Virus record (IMG/VR): IMGVR_UViG_3300028837_000933
Coordinates: 1-64,000 of that record
Length of the DNA: 64,000 nucleotides
From: a virus
Strand: one strand, 5' to 3'
The notes beneath the pieces were generated by a model that was given only the letters and a program-made list of their open reading frames with translations, searched no databases and was not told the origin of the DNA. Every line of letters begins with the position of its first letter. Position 1 is the stretch's first letter. A program made the translations under genes and the position numbers. Shown piece by piece: positions 27,785 to 37,800 of this stretch.

Positions 27785-28123
27785 ATGATGAACCGTAGCG
27801 ACCCACCCAACACGTTCCACATTCGGCTGTATTGGATGCTTTCGATAGCTCGCCAGCAGCAGGGCCAACTCGTGGAGGATGATGATCCCGATTACAACGC
27901 CACGTTCTTTGCGCTCCTCATGCAAAAGGTCGGACGGATCGCCCAAGCACTCCATCCCCGTCCTCACCACAAACTCGAGCAGGCGCCGAGCACAGCCTTA
28001 GCCATTGCCATAGTCGAGTGTTGTGCGCTGCTGATGAATTGGCTCAAGTTCTATGTTGGGACAGAGGAGATCCTCGAGATCCTCGCGACCCACTGGGAAG
28101 CAAAGGCTCACGGCGACAGTTGA
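27785..28123 (+). CDS. degenerate MazG-like all-alpha protein
   Basis: Pattern R.QQ...ALLMQKVGRIAQAL...IVECCAL...W resembles MazG-like proteins but lacks the EExxE acids. Confidence 0.45.
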   Translation: MMNRSDPPNTFHIRLYWMLSIARQQQGQLVEDDDPDYNATFFALLMQKVGRIAQALHPRPHHKLEQAPSTALAIAIVECCALLMNWLKFYVGTEEILEILATHWEAKAHGDS

Positions 28124-28160
28124 CAAACCGCTTGCTCTCGGATATACTGAGGTCACTCAG
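28120..28160 (+). promoter_or_regulatory. sigma70-type promoter with overlapping palindrome
   Basis: TTGACA (28120)-17 bp-TATACT (28143); CTGAG-GTCA-CTCAG at 28147-28160. Confidence 0.75.
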
Positions 28161-28170
28161 GAGGTGTCCG

Positions 28171-28401
28171 ATGGCACGAACAAGCAACTGGCGTGATAGG
28201 CTCCGAGATCGACTAGGTGAGGGCGCCTTTGAGCGTTTGGAGGAACACGATCCTGAACTGGCTGCAATTCTTGAGGAAGCCATGGGCCAAGACGCAACCC
28301 CAGAAGAAGTCTACAGATTTTGCTTGCAGCACGACAGCTCCCCCGAACTGGCCCGATGGGCCAGGGCTGCGTGCCAGCACCTAGTATCACATCGCGAGTA
28401 A
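28171..28401 (+). CDS. small helical hypothetical protein
   Basis: AGGAGGTG RBS directly after the promoter. Confidence 0.7.
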   Translation: MARTSNWRDRLRDRLGEGAFERLEEHDPELAAILEEAMGQDATPEEVYRFCLQHDSSPELARWARAACQHLVSHRE

Positions 28402-28436
28402 CAGCACCCAAGCCACATAACTGGAAGGAGGATGCG

Positions 28437-28862
28437 ATGGTTTTGACGACTGTCGTTACCATGACTGCTGTGTTCACAGGTGGAATCACATTCTATCCAG
28501 AAGCCGCATGGGGAGGCCGACCACTCGGCTGCGACTACCCCCAGCACACCTACGTCTGCGATGGCTCGGAATCGGCCTGGATGGCCGCCCCCATCGAGTG
28601 GCTACAGTCCGGCCTGTTCCGCTGCGGAGACCGCGTCAAGATCATATTCAAAAGCGGACGCGAACTCTGGGTTCGCGTCCGCGATGCCTGCGGCGGCTGC
28701 TTGCGTCACAATATCTGGGATACGGGCTCAGCCTTCGTTGCTGACTTGCCCGACTGTTGGCGCGATGGCGAGCCTACCGCCACCGGGCGCATCTTCAACC
28801 TAGACCTACTCCTCCGACTGCGCGAGCGCATGTTCCATCGCTCCCGCTACGGGCCACTCTAA
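28437..28862 (+). CDS. RlpA/expansin-like double-psi beta-barrel protein
   Basis: TFY...GC...AA...CGDRVKI...G....VRVRDACGGC...DL; AAGGAGG RBS. Confidence 0.65.
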   Translation: MVLTTVVTMTAVFTGGITFYPEAAWGGRPLGCDYPQHTYVCDGSESAWMAAPIEWLQSGLFRCGDRVKIIFKSGRELWVRVRDACGGCLRHNIWDTGSAFVADLPDCWRDGEPTATGRIFNLDLLLRLRERMFHRSRYGPL

Positions 28863-28870
28863 GCAAGTCG

Positions 28871-31525
28871 CTACTCTTCGACCAGCGCCTGCGGTGACGC
28901 TGCGTTGAAACTGCCAGGCGTTCCAGTCTTGACAATGTGGACTACGAGCATCAGGTTGGAAGTCGATAAGCTGTCCGAGCGACCAGTGCTTGAAAGCACA
29001 TACCACGTGTCAGCCGAGAGGGCGCTGGTGTTCAAGCTCAGGATCGAGCCTCCAGACTGCCTATTCAGCTGAATAGTGTAGTAGTGGCTCGGCCCATTGT
29101 TGGACACCACCATCACGGCAATGTGGAACTCCTTCAGCGTTAGTGTAGCTGGCACAGTCGCAAGAAATAGGTTAGTCGTAGCGCCGGTGACGCCTGATCC
29201 CACTTGATCAAAAGCCGCAAAAGATAGATACCTCTTCGTGTCGCCGCCTCCACCCCCACCACCAGGCAGACCACCGGCCGAATAGTCAAAGAGCGTGTCT
29301 GTTACGGGAGTCCCTCCTGAGTCAACGCTGGTGATAAGGATGTCGCCGTCATCTCCAGAATCCGTCCCATCGGACAACCACATCACAGCCTGACTATCCT
29401 CCGGCGCGTTCGGATCGGCTGACATAGCGCTGATCGGCAGTCCTGCTCGTAGCCTACCCTCAAAGTCTATGATAAGGTTGCCATCGGGGTCCTGGATGCC
29501 CTCGGGATCGATCAACAAGCCCCTTGCTCCGCTAGGTCCGTACGGCGGTTGGCTCGCAGGCGACCACTCGGTCGGATACCGTCCTTTCTCTAACTGAACA
29601 CGGTCTGCATGGACCACCTGCGGCGCACGCATGTTTCGCACATTGAACTTGACAAGGAGATAATAGCGGTCCCAGTACCCAGGCCACACATCTTCCTCTT
29701 TTATCTGATAAGAGAAGATAACGCGGCGCCAGCCATTGTCACCGTGCTCGACCACCACATTACTGTAGTCGGTCTCAAAAGAGATGCCATAGTAGCCATC
29801 GTAGTCGGTCAAGCCGGTGCAGATGCTCAGTGATAAGTAGCCGTCATTGAAGTTCCCGTCATACCGGATGACATCTTCGTCCTCATCGCTCCAGAAATAG
29901 ACCGAGGCAGTATACCATTCTCCAATCTCTACCCTGATCTTCCGCGATGTCCCTGGGTATGGCCAGAAGCAGTAACGGTCCGTGTCGTAAATCATGTTGA
30001 AACGCAGGCCCTTACTGTTCTCAAACCCGTAGTCCCCCCAAGTCACGCGCCACCCATCATTCAGCCACGGCTCGGGCCAGTTATCACCATCCATGTCTCT
30101 TTCAAAGTCGGAGTTGGTACATAGGTTGTTACCTACTCCAGTCTGCGCTGTCCCCAGCAGCCAAGTCGCCTCTGCAAAATCACTTTCATTGTCCCAGTTG
30201 TCGACCGCCCGTAGGTTGAAGTACCTACTTGTCCCAGGATACATATCGTAGAAGGTCTCGGAGCGAATACCCACCTTCTTCACCAACTCGGAGCCGTTCC
30301 CATACTGATCATCTGCGGCGTAGACCCAAAAGCCGGCGAGATCCGGCACAGCAACGATACCCGGCCCTGTCCAAGTAAGCACAACGCCATTTATGGCATC
30401 GATCACGTCCAGCCCTGTCGGCGCTGTCGGCGGGTCCAAGTCAACCCCCGTGGTGGTGCTTGACCACTCGCTCCAAACGGAGAAGGCACCGTCCGGCCTA
30501 TGAGCCCTGATCCGAAAGTTATAATCGGTGTTCGGAGCAAGGTATCCCACGAGTTCACCGTTGGACATCCCCAGCACGCCCTGTGCGAAGGCATGTGAAG
30601 CCGCAGTTGTACCGCCAGCTCCCCTGGTACAGCCGGAGAAGCAGGCTGAAATCTCATACGTCCCACTCACGGGAGTACCTACAACGAGCAACTCCGTGGC
30701 GGTATTGCTGACTATCAGAAACAGGTCATCGTTGCTGTCGATCAGCACATAGTCTCGCCACTGGTTCGTATCCCAAGCCGCACCAGAATCGGTGAAGTAG
30801 TTACCTGATGCCGTGCCGGTTCCGGAGACGCCTGACACTTGCCCTGCATAGCGAGCATAGTCGATCTTCTCGCTTTCGATTTTGATGCGTCCTTTGTACC
30901 AAGCAAAATGGTTTGAATAAAGCATTCCTCCCGTGCTGCCACAGGGAATGATGGTTTGGCTATCATCAATACCTACGCTGTGGGTCAGCGTTGACGTTGC
31001 CACGTTCCCTATAACCACGAAATCTGGAAACGTGTCGTCCATGTCATTCTCTCGCACGGCAACGGTGTAATTGCAGACGCCCCACTCCAAGCCTAGAGAC
31101 AACCAACTCACATATACCCACGGGAAAATAGCACCACCTGCCACAGCCGGCCGAATGTCGGTGGTCAGGGCTATGTTGGTCGGCACCGGGATTGTGGCCT
31201 CTTCATCGCCGTATGGGTTTGCCGAGATGCTCGCAATACGGCGAATCATCCGCCAGCCGGTGACGGCCTTCCCACCGATGTTCTCTACTTCTAGTACATC
31301 GCCTTCATAGAGCGGCATACCGTGGTCGAAGAGTACGGCCTGATTGGCCACGCCATCGATCGTCGCCTGCACATGCTTGATCCGCTCTTGCGTGTCACGC
31401 ACAACGTTCGACACCGTTGCGTGCGTGGTGTACCGCCTCTCCTGGTAACGTTCATCCAATGCCTGCCAAATCGCTGCTACTGCCCGATCTGTGGCCTCGC
31501 TGGCCATCGCTCCTTCTTCAGACAT
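28871..31525 (-). CDS. tail fibre/host-recognition protein with FN3 and carbohydrate-binding-like domains
   Basis: LAPNTDYNFRIRA, PPTAPTGL, AVDNWDNES, NLCTNSDFE, VQLEKG..PTEW; last gene of the tail module. Confidence 0.75.
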   Translation of the reverse strand: MSEEGAMASEATDRAVAAIWQALDERYQERRYTTHATVSNVVRDTQERIKHVQATIDGVANQAVLFDHGMPLYEGDVLEVENIGGKAVTGWRMIRRIASISANPYGDEEATIPVPTNIALTTDIRPAVAGGAIFPWVYVSWLSLGLEWGVCNYTVAVRENDMDDTFPDFVVIGNVATSTLTHSVGIDDSQTIIPCGSTGGMLYSNHFAWYKGRIKIESEKIDYARYAGQVSGVSGTGTASGNYFTDSGAAWDTNQWRDYVLIDSNDDLFLIVSNTATELLVVGTPVSGTYEISACFSGCTRGAGGTTAASHAFAQGVLGMSNGELVGYLAPNTDYNFRIRAHRPDGAFSVWSEWSSTTTGVDLDPPTAPTGLDVIDAINGVVLTWTGPGIVAVPDLAGFWVYAADDQYGNGSELVKKVGIRSETFYDMYPGTSRYFNLRAVDNWDNESDFAEATWLLGTAQTGVGNNLCTNSDFERDMDGDNWPEPWLNDGWRVTWGDYGFENSKGLRFNMIYDTDRYCFWPYPGTSRKIRVEIGEWYTASVYFWSDEDEDVIRYDGNFNDGYLSLSICTGLTDYDGYYGISFETDYSNVVVEHGDNGWRRVIFSYQIKEEDVWPGYWDRYYLLVKFNVRNMRAPQVVHADRVQLEKGRYPTEWSPASQPPYGPSGARGLLIDPEGIQDPDGNLIIDFEGRLRAGLPISAMSADPNAPEDSQAVMWLSDGTDSGDDGDILITSVDSGGTPVTDTLFDYSAGGLPGGGGGGGDTKRYLSFAAFDQVGSGVTGATTNLFLATVPATLTLKEFHIAVMVVSNNGPSHYYTIQLNRQSGGSILSLNTSALSADTWYVLSSTGRSDSLSTSNLMLVVHIVKTGTPGSFNAASPQALVEE

Positions 31526-31540
31526 TTGTTCCCCTCATCC

Positions 31541-34435
31541 CTAGTAAGTCAATTCCATGCGCCTCATGGCTACGCTTGCCGTCCACGACTTGCCCCTAAC
31601 TCTACCCTCTGTCACCTTCTCAAAGCCGATTGAATAGTTCACGCTGGTTATGCAGAAGTTGGCGCCGTCAAAGTATTCTCCCTCGAGATCCGTGTCCCAG
31701 GTCAGAGTACAACGCATTCCAGGCCGTACCCACTCTGCGAGCCCTACGGGCACCAACGTAACAGTGATCGGACCGCTGTGCTCATCGAACAACAGCTGAG
31801 CCAGCGAGAGGGCCTCCTCACCCGCTCCCACAATCCGGTTTTGCACAACCTTCTCGCTACCGAATGGCAGAGGTGTTGGTGGGTAACTCGTCTTGTAGTG
31901 GTCGCTAGTCATCGGGTCTTCCGATTCCAGCATGATATTGCTGACGTTGTGGCGGAAGGGACGATTGAAGTCCACGCGCCTTGCGTTCGTTCTGTCCCAC
32001 TCAATGTCTATGTCGACTAGACCACCGATGGGATAGAAGGGGTTGAACTTGTGTGTGACTCTCGAATCCAACTCATAGACCAGCCAGCAGCCCGTGCTTT
32101 GCAGCATCTCACGGATTAGGCTCCCCGCCTGCGTCTTCTGGGTGCGGAGTTCCCCCGTGATTTGCCTGCCAAGCGACTCCATGGTGAACTTGTCTTCATC
32201 GAGCCCAAACCGTCGAACCAGGATGTCCTTGATAATGGTGCCGGACATCCCGCCTTCCCACGTGGGGTTATCGGGATCATCCGGGTCTTCAATGTCGCCA
32301 GTGGCCCCCCAAACCTTGAACTCGTTGAGTTTTACCCTTCCACCATCGGTCATCTCCCGGCAAAGCACCAGCACCTTACGCACCCGCAGCGGCGTAAAGG
32401 TCTTGGACCAACGGAAGGTCTTGTTGTTGTGGACGTTGTTGTGCCTAGCCCAATAGTCGACCCATCCTCCCTGGCCAACGCCATCGTCCCATTTAGGATC
32501 ATCGGGCATGACCGGTTGGGTCCAATTGGTGATGTATATCTCAAACCGCCTAATCACGTTAGGCTCGTCAGTGGCGGCGGTCATCACCGCTTTCCGCAAC
32601 ATCTCCCACCCATCCACAAGGTGAGTCTTGTACGGCCATTCATTCTCGAACTGCTCAATGATGCTCCCCTCCGGATGCACATCAGCCGGCGTGCCGTGTC
32701 GTGCCCGAGTTAGGGTAAGCAACTTATTGTTGATGTCGTCCCGTTCCTCATAGGCTATGATCTCGGAGTCTATCTTCACCTCGCCCGATCTGGTCAAGCC
32801 GTACGTGCTAGTCACTACGATTTCATCGACCTCGTCCACTGCGAGTTCTGCGTCAAGTTCGATCCCCATCTCGTCGAGTGTAATGCAGAACCACTCGGGT
32901 TCTCCAGTCATTTGATAGCCGGGCGTTGGCGTTGACTCTGGCCAGAACCAATCACTAGCCCTGTTCGGCTGGCTTGTCTTACCACTTGGGCTTTTTCGGA
33001 ACGTGTGGTTCCGAGGCAGCGTATCCTCATCGGTCGGAATCGTGCCACCCGTCCAATTGTTCCCACCGCCATCTCCATCGTAGCCATACGGCGTGATGTT
33101 CCCAAACCAGACCTCATCCACATGGTCGTAGCCCCAATGCCGTAGCGCCAGGAAGTCGGCATCCGGGTCCATCACCCAGGAGCCGATGATGCAAGAACGC
33201 CAATCAATGAATAGGTCAGCGTCACTCGTTCCATAACGCTCCAGGTGGGCGGCGCCATTGGAGCATATTACGCAAAACGAACCTTCATCACTCCCATCGA
33301 TCTTGCCGTTTCCCACGGCCCACTTCAGCCCCAAGAAGTTTTCCTTCGGCAGCCTCTCATTGATCGGGTCCCAGCCGGACCATTTGAACGTGGTACGCTT
33401 GTTCGATAGATTATAGGAGCCCACCTTGGCACTACCACCGTACACAAAGAGTTCAATCCAGATGTTGTCCTTCCAGGGCAACCACCAATACGGTCGCAGG
33501 CTCACTTCGTTGATCACCAGTCCGCAGCCTACTGGCGTCTCGGGCGTAACGTCTGGTGTGCCGGCGCTGATCCACAATGTACCCATATCCTCGTCAACGA
33601 TGTTATCGCCATCAAGGCTCGGTGTGCCAATGAACTCGCCACTGCCTTGCTCCTCGGCTGGATAGTCTAGGTAGCTCGACACTTCGACTGAAGCGTTTGC
33701 TGCTAGGTTGACTCGCCCGTAGCGCATCCCCGGAACGTCCGTATTGGCCACATATTGGTTCAGCCCAACGACCGCACCATTCCAGGTGCGCTTTTCGTCT
33801 GAGTCATCCCGGATGCGACAATTCTTGAGGTAGCCCAACCATGCCACTTCCCACGGCGTCCACTTACCTAGGTCGCCGCCCTCGCCCGGTCGGAACCTCC
33901 ATTTTGCCAAGATCGACCGGTCATTCTCAAACAAGAATGAATCGTACTGTTGCCCCCGCATGTTCGCAGACCACGCCACTATCCCGCCATTTTCGCTTAC
34001 GTTTAGGTCGCAGTCGGTGATTCGGTCTGTTACCTCGATCCACTCGGTGACCTCGGCACCACTGGTATGATTGTTAGAGAAGTTCGACCATTCATCCTGG
34101 CGTGTCAAGCCCTGAAAGAGTGTGGTTGTCTTTGCTGTCCAGAGTACCAGTTCATCGAACTCGGAAGCGCCATCGCCAGCAATGATGATGCTCCCCAGCT
34201 CAAAGCCCGTCGTGGACACCACTGGAATCTCAGTATCAGTCTCGTCCACATCCGCCGATAGAGTGGTCAACGCATTGACAGTGTAATCCTGGCCCGTCCG
34301 AATGGCTTGTAGGTTCACCATCGCGTGCTTCGGTCCTACAAAGAATCGGAACTCGAAATCAACCCTCGGGGCAGACAGCCGGGTCAATTCATCATCACGT
34401 CGACTAAAACTGTCCAGCAAGATCAGAAGGGTCAT
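31541..34435 (-). CDS. tail tip/hub (Tal-like) protein
   Basis: 964 aa, two genes after the tape measure; discoidin-like inserts; PG....L...F.ITSV.Y C-terminus. Confidence 0.65.
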   Translation of the reverse strand: MTLLILLDSFSRRDDELTRLSAPRVDFEFRFFVGPKHAMVNLQAIRTGQDYTVNALTTLSADVDETDTEIPVVSTTGFELGSIIIAGDGASEFDELVLWTAKTTTLFQGLTRQDEWSNFSNNHTSGAEVTEWIEVTDRITDCDLNVSENGGIVAWSANMRGQQYDSFLFENDRSILAKWRFRPGEGGDLGKWTPWEVAWLGYLKNCRIRDDSDEKRTWNGAVVGLNQYVANTDVPGMRYGRVNLAANASVEVSSYLDYPAEEQGSGEFIGTPSLDGDNIVDEDMGTLWISAGTPDVTPETPVGCGLVINEVSLRPYWWLPWKDNIWIELFVYGGSAKVGSYNLSNKRTTFKWSGWDPINERLPKENFLGLKWAVGNGKIDGSDEGSFCVICSNGAAHLERYGTSDADLFIDWRSCIIGSWVMDPDADFLALRHWGYDHVDEVWFGNITPYGYDGDGGGNNWTGGTIPTDEDTLPRNHTFRKSPSGKTSQPNRASDWFWPESTPTPGYQMTGEPEWFCITLDEMGIELDAELAVDEVDEIVVTSTYGLTRSGEVKIDSEIIAYEERDDINNKLLTLTRARHGTPADVHPEGSIIEQFENEWPYKTHLVDGWEMLRKAVMTAATDEPNVIRRFEIYITNWTQPVMPDDPKWDDGVGQGGWVDYWARHNNVHNNKTFRWSKTFTPLRVRKVLVLCREMTDGGRVKLNEFKVWGATGDIEDPDDPDNPTWEGGMSGTIIKDILVRRFGLDEDKFTMESLGRQITGELRTQKTQAGSLIREMLQSTGCWLVYELDSRVTHKFNPFYPIGGLVDIDIEWDRTNARRVDFNRPFRHNVSNIMLESEDPMTSDHYKTSYPPTPLPFGSEKVVQNRIVGAGEEALSLAQLLFDEHSGPITVTLVPVGLAEWVRPGMRCTLTWDTDLEGEYFDGANFCITSVNYSIGFEKVTEGRVRGKSWTASVAMRRMELTY

Positions 34436-34447
34436 GCGCTGAATCCT

Positions 34448-34828
34448 CTATGTACGAACCAGTCGCGTTATCACGATCTCGAAGTTCACATAGGCGCCAC
34501 CCCAAGTTGTACCCGCATGGTCTGGACGGTGCAAGATACCACTGGTGTAATCCACCCAAGCCGGCCCACCTGGCGTGTGTGGGTCGTAAATCACCAAGTC
34601 GCTCACCACCACTGATAGTTCGCGGCCAACAATATCCAGCCACCACTCGGCAGCCGCTCTGGGCATTGGGCTCCATTTGGTCTCAAACATCTCGTAGCCG
34701 ACCGCACCGCAGGGAGTCCCCTCGCCCGATGAGCCTGTCGCTTCTGGATAGACTAGGCGGGACTTCGGCCCTAGGGGAATCCCGCCAGCTGGCGGCGTTA
34801 GGTTATTTATCTTGAACTGCGATGCCAT
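34448..34828 (-). CDS. distal-tail-like protein
   Basis: Size and position immediately after the tape measure. Confidence 0.5.
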   Translation of the reverse strand: MASQFKINNLTPPAGGIPLGPKSRLVYPEATGSSGEGTPCGAVGYEMFETKWSPMPRAAAEWWLDIVGRELSVVVSDLVIYDPHTPGGPAWVDYTSGILHRPDHAGTTWGGAYVNFEIVITRLVRT

Positions 34829-34833
34829 CTCCT

Positions 34834-37800
34834 CTAGTCCCCTCCCATTCTCTCGGCCAGTTTCTCCATGACTATCATCACGATGAGATCGATTAGATCA
34901 TGCTCCCCGAAGCGCTCCTTTACACCCGTCCAGATAGGAGCGACTAGGCCGCGTCCCACCCGTTTTAGGCCAGCGCCCTTGCTCCTGACGAGGTCCTTTT
35001 CCATCGCTGACGCAAACATTTCGGTCCAGGTATACTCTCCCAGCTTGATCTGTATGTCGTGGGTCATCGTTGAAACCATACTCTCTGCGAGCGGTTCCAA
35101 GGTCTCTCCACCGAATTGGATGGCCGTCATCACTCCCGCGATTTTCTGCGAAAGGGTTTCAGCCACGGTCTCGGGCTCCTGTCCACCAAAAAACATCTGC
35201 TCGAACATCGAGCCGCCCACTGCTGCCGCATCTGTTGATAGCCCCGTTCCTCCCGTGTCTGTCGTCTGCATCTGGGCAGACAAGCCTTCCCAAATCAGGG
35301 CCAGCATGTTCGTACCGATACCCCTGACACTTTCCTGCTTCTCTTCAAGGTCGCCTTGAAGAGTGCTGACGAAGCTCTCGGTCCAGCCCACACCCCCTAT
35401 CACATTCTGGAAGCTCAGAGCACTCGCTTCCAGAAACTCAAGGGCCAAGTCGTCCAAGTCTCCAGGCGCGATTTCCAGCGAGCCAGCAGCATCGATGAAG
35501 GCATCCACGAACCCGGACGCTCCTACATCCACGATCTTCTCCCACAGCGGAGTACCTATGCGCTCGCCCAGCTTTTCAAGATCCGTCTTCTTTTTGTCGA
35601 TACTACCCTGGACCGCGCCCGTGAACATCGGCACCCAATCCACGTCCTCGAGGTCGTCCTTGAACCCCGTGGACACATGGCCGCTCAGTTGACCCGCCAG
35701 CGGGTCCACTGCTTCCTTTTTCACCTGCACGCCACCCAGCGCCTCTTCGATTTTCGGTGCCAGATCCTTCCCGGCCTGTTCTGGTGTAGCCCCTCCAAAG
35801 AATGCGTTCTCGAACTCAGAGGTCAGCCCCAGCGCCTGCATCACGTCCTGGCGCGTGGCGGTGATGCCGCGCTTCTTCAGTTCCTCGATGGCCGTCTTGA
35901 CGAGGTTTTGCTTCCCGATCTTTTCCGCAATCCGCCGCTCAAAGTCTCTGGCAAACGCATCCCAATTGATGTGCTCGGGTAGCATCCCCTGATAGAACTG
36001 ACGGATGCGCTCCTCGCCCCAGGCGTTGATCTCCTTCTGGTCGTTCCGCATCTCCATGTCAGATGGCAGTAGGTGCTTCCACTCGGCGGACCCTTGCATG
36101 GCAGCCCGCAGCTGGCGCACATACTCATCCCACTTGTCTTCGTACGTCCCCATGTCCGTCTTGGCTACATCCTCTGCCGTGACCGATGTGGGCGTTAGGC
36201 CAGCCTCCACTTCGCTTTTGAAGGCGTCCCGGATCTTCTCCTGCATCTTGATGAGCTTGTCATTGTGCTCTTCGGCAAGCCGCTCCCTCTCCCGGACGGC
36301 TTCCTTTTCGCCGCTGATCCAGTCAGACCACCATTGGTCATACTGGGCCTTTCGGAAGTCGATATGACGCTGGTCTTGGCCCTCGACTTCCTGATAGAGA
36401 GTGACCAACCCTTCGAGGTAACGGTTCTGCGCCTCCTCGATCTGGGCGGGGCTCATAATATCGAGCAGTCCGTGGAATTGCGCCAGCCCACCACGGGCAG
36501 CCTCCCCCGCCTGAGTCGCCACCTCGCGAGAACTCGGTATGAACTCCGTCACCATCTTGATGGCTTGCTCGATCTCGGACAGATCCCACTCGCCCAAGAC
36601 CAGCCGTACTGTGCCGACTTCCCGCCCGAATATCCTGAGCTGCTCTATGTTTATGCCGAGAGCTTCGGCCAATGAAAGAAGCGCTTTCTCCTTCTCCCAC
36701 ATCTCGGCTTTGACACCCGCGATTTGGATGCGTTGTTCTCTGAGGCGCCTTGCCTGTTCTTCCAGTAGGTAGTTCTCGTACTCCATGGGGTAGGGGTCTC
36801 GCGCTGGACCCCAATCGACAGCCATCCGGGCTTGGAAAGCCTGTTCCCTTATCGCTCGCCTTGCCTCGTTCTGGGCATAGGCTGCATCGGCTCGCGCCTG
36901 CCGGATGTCGCCACGGGTCTCCTCAGCCGCTTTTTGAGACGCAATCTGTAGTTCTTGGAGCCGATTTTCCAAGGCATCGATCTGCGCTTGGACTTCCACC
37001 CAATCGGATTCGATCAGCTTGGTCGAGATCAGCCACTCACCAGCGCCCTTGCCGGTAAACGCCTTGTACTCGTCTGGCACGTCCTCAAACTCGAGCCCCG
37101 AAGTGTCGCCTTCCCAAATCTTGCGAACAGCGACTACGCCCTTCTCAGCATACGCTTCGAGCGCGAGACGCTCCTCCTTGGCCTTCTCAAGAAGGACCTC
37201 GGCCTCAGTGCGCTCCATCTCGGACGCTTCCTGCTCGGCCTCCAGGACAGCGGCCCACTTCTCTTCCTTGACACTGAATAGGTCGTACAAGTCCTTCTCG
37301 GTCGCCAGCGATGAAATAACGTTCCCGACAATCAAAGCCGTCATTACGGCAATGCCGCCTGCCACCACTGCCCCACCAGCACCGCCACCCTTAGCCGGTC
37401 CTTTGGTGAAGAAGCTCGTGCCACCCATCTTGGTCGCGGCCGCATCCATGCCTTTTGCAGCCAGCAAGTTCTTGTCGGCGGCGATTACCATCGCCCTGGC
37501 GGCCTTCCACATGAGGATGTCAGCCGCCATGGCCACCACTTTACCCAGTGCCGTGACCGTTGCACCGATGGCCAAGATGGCGCCGGCCCCTACCGCCGCG
37601 CCACGCACAAGCTCGGGATGCCGCTCCAGAAGGGCGATCAGTGTTCCGAACTTCTCCACGTATTCACTGATGGCTGGTACGATTACGGTGGCAAGTGACT
37701 TCCCAACCGTATCCACGAACGCTGCCCAGCGTGCCTTTGCCATGTCGGCCTGGCCCGTGAGGCTCTCCGTGTACGCCGTCCACTGCTGGTTCATGGTCTC

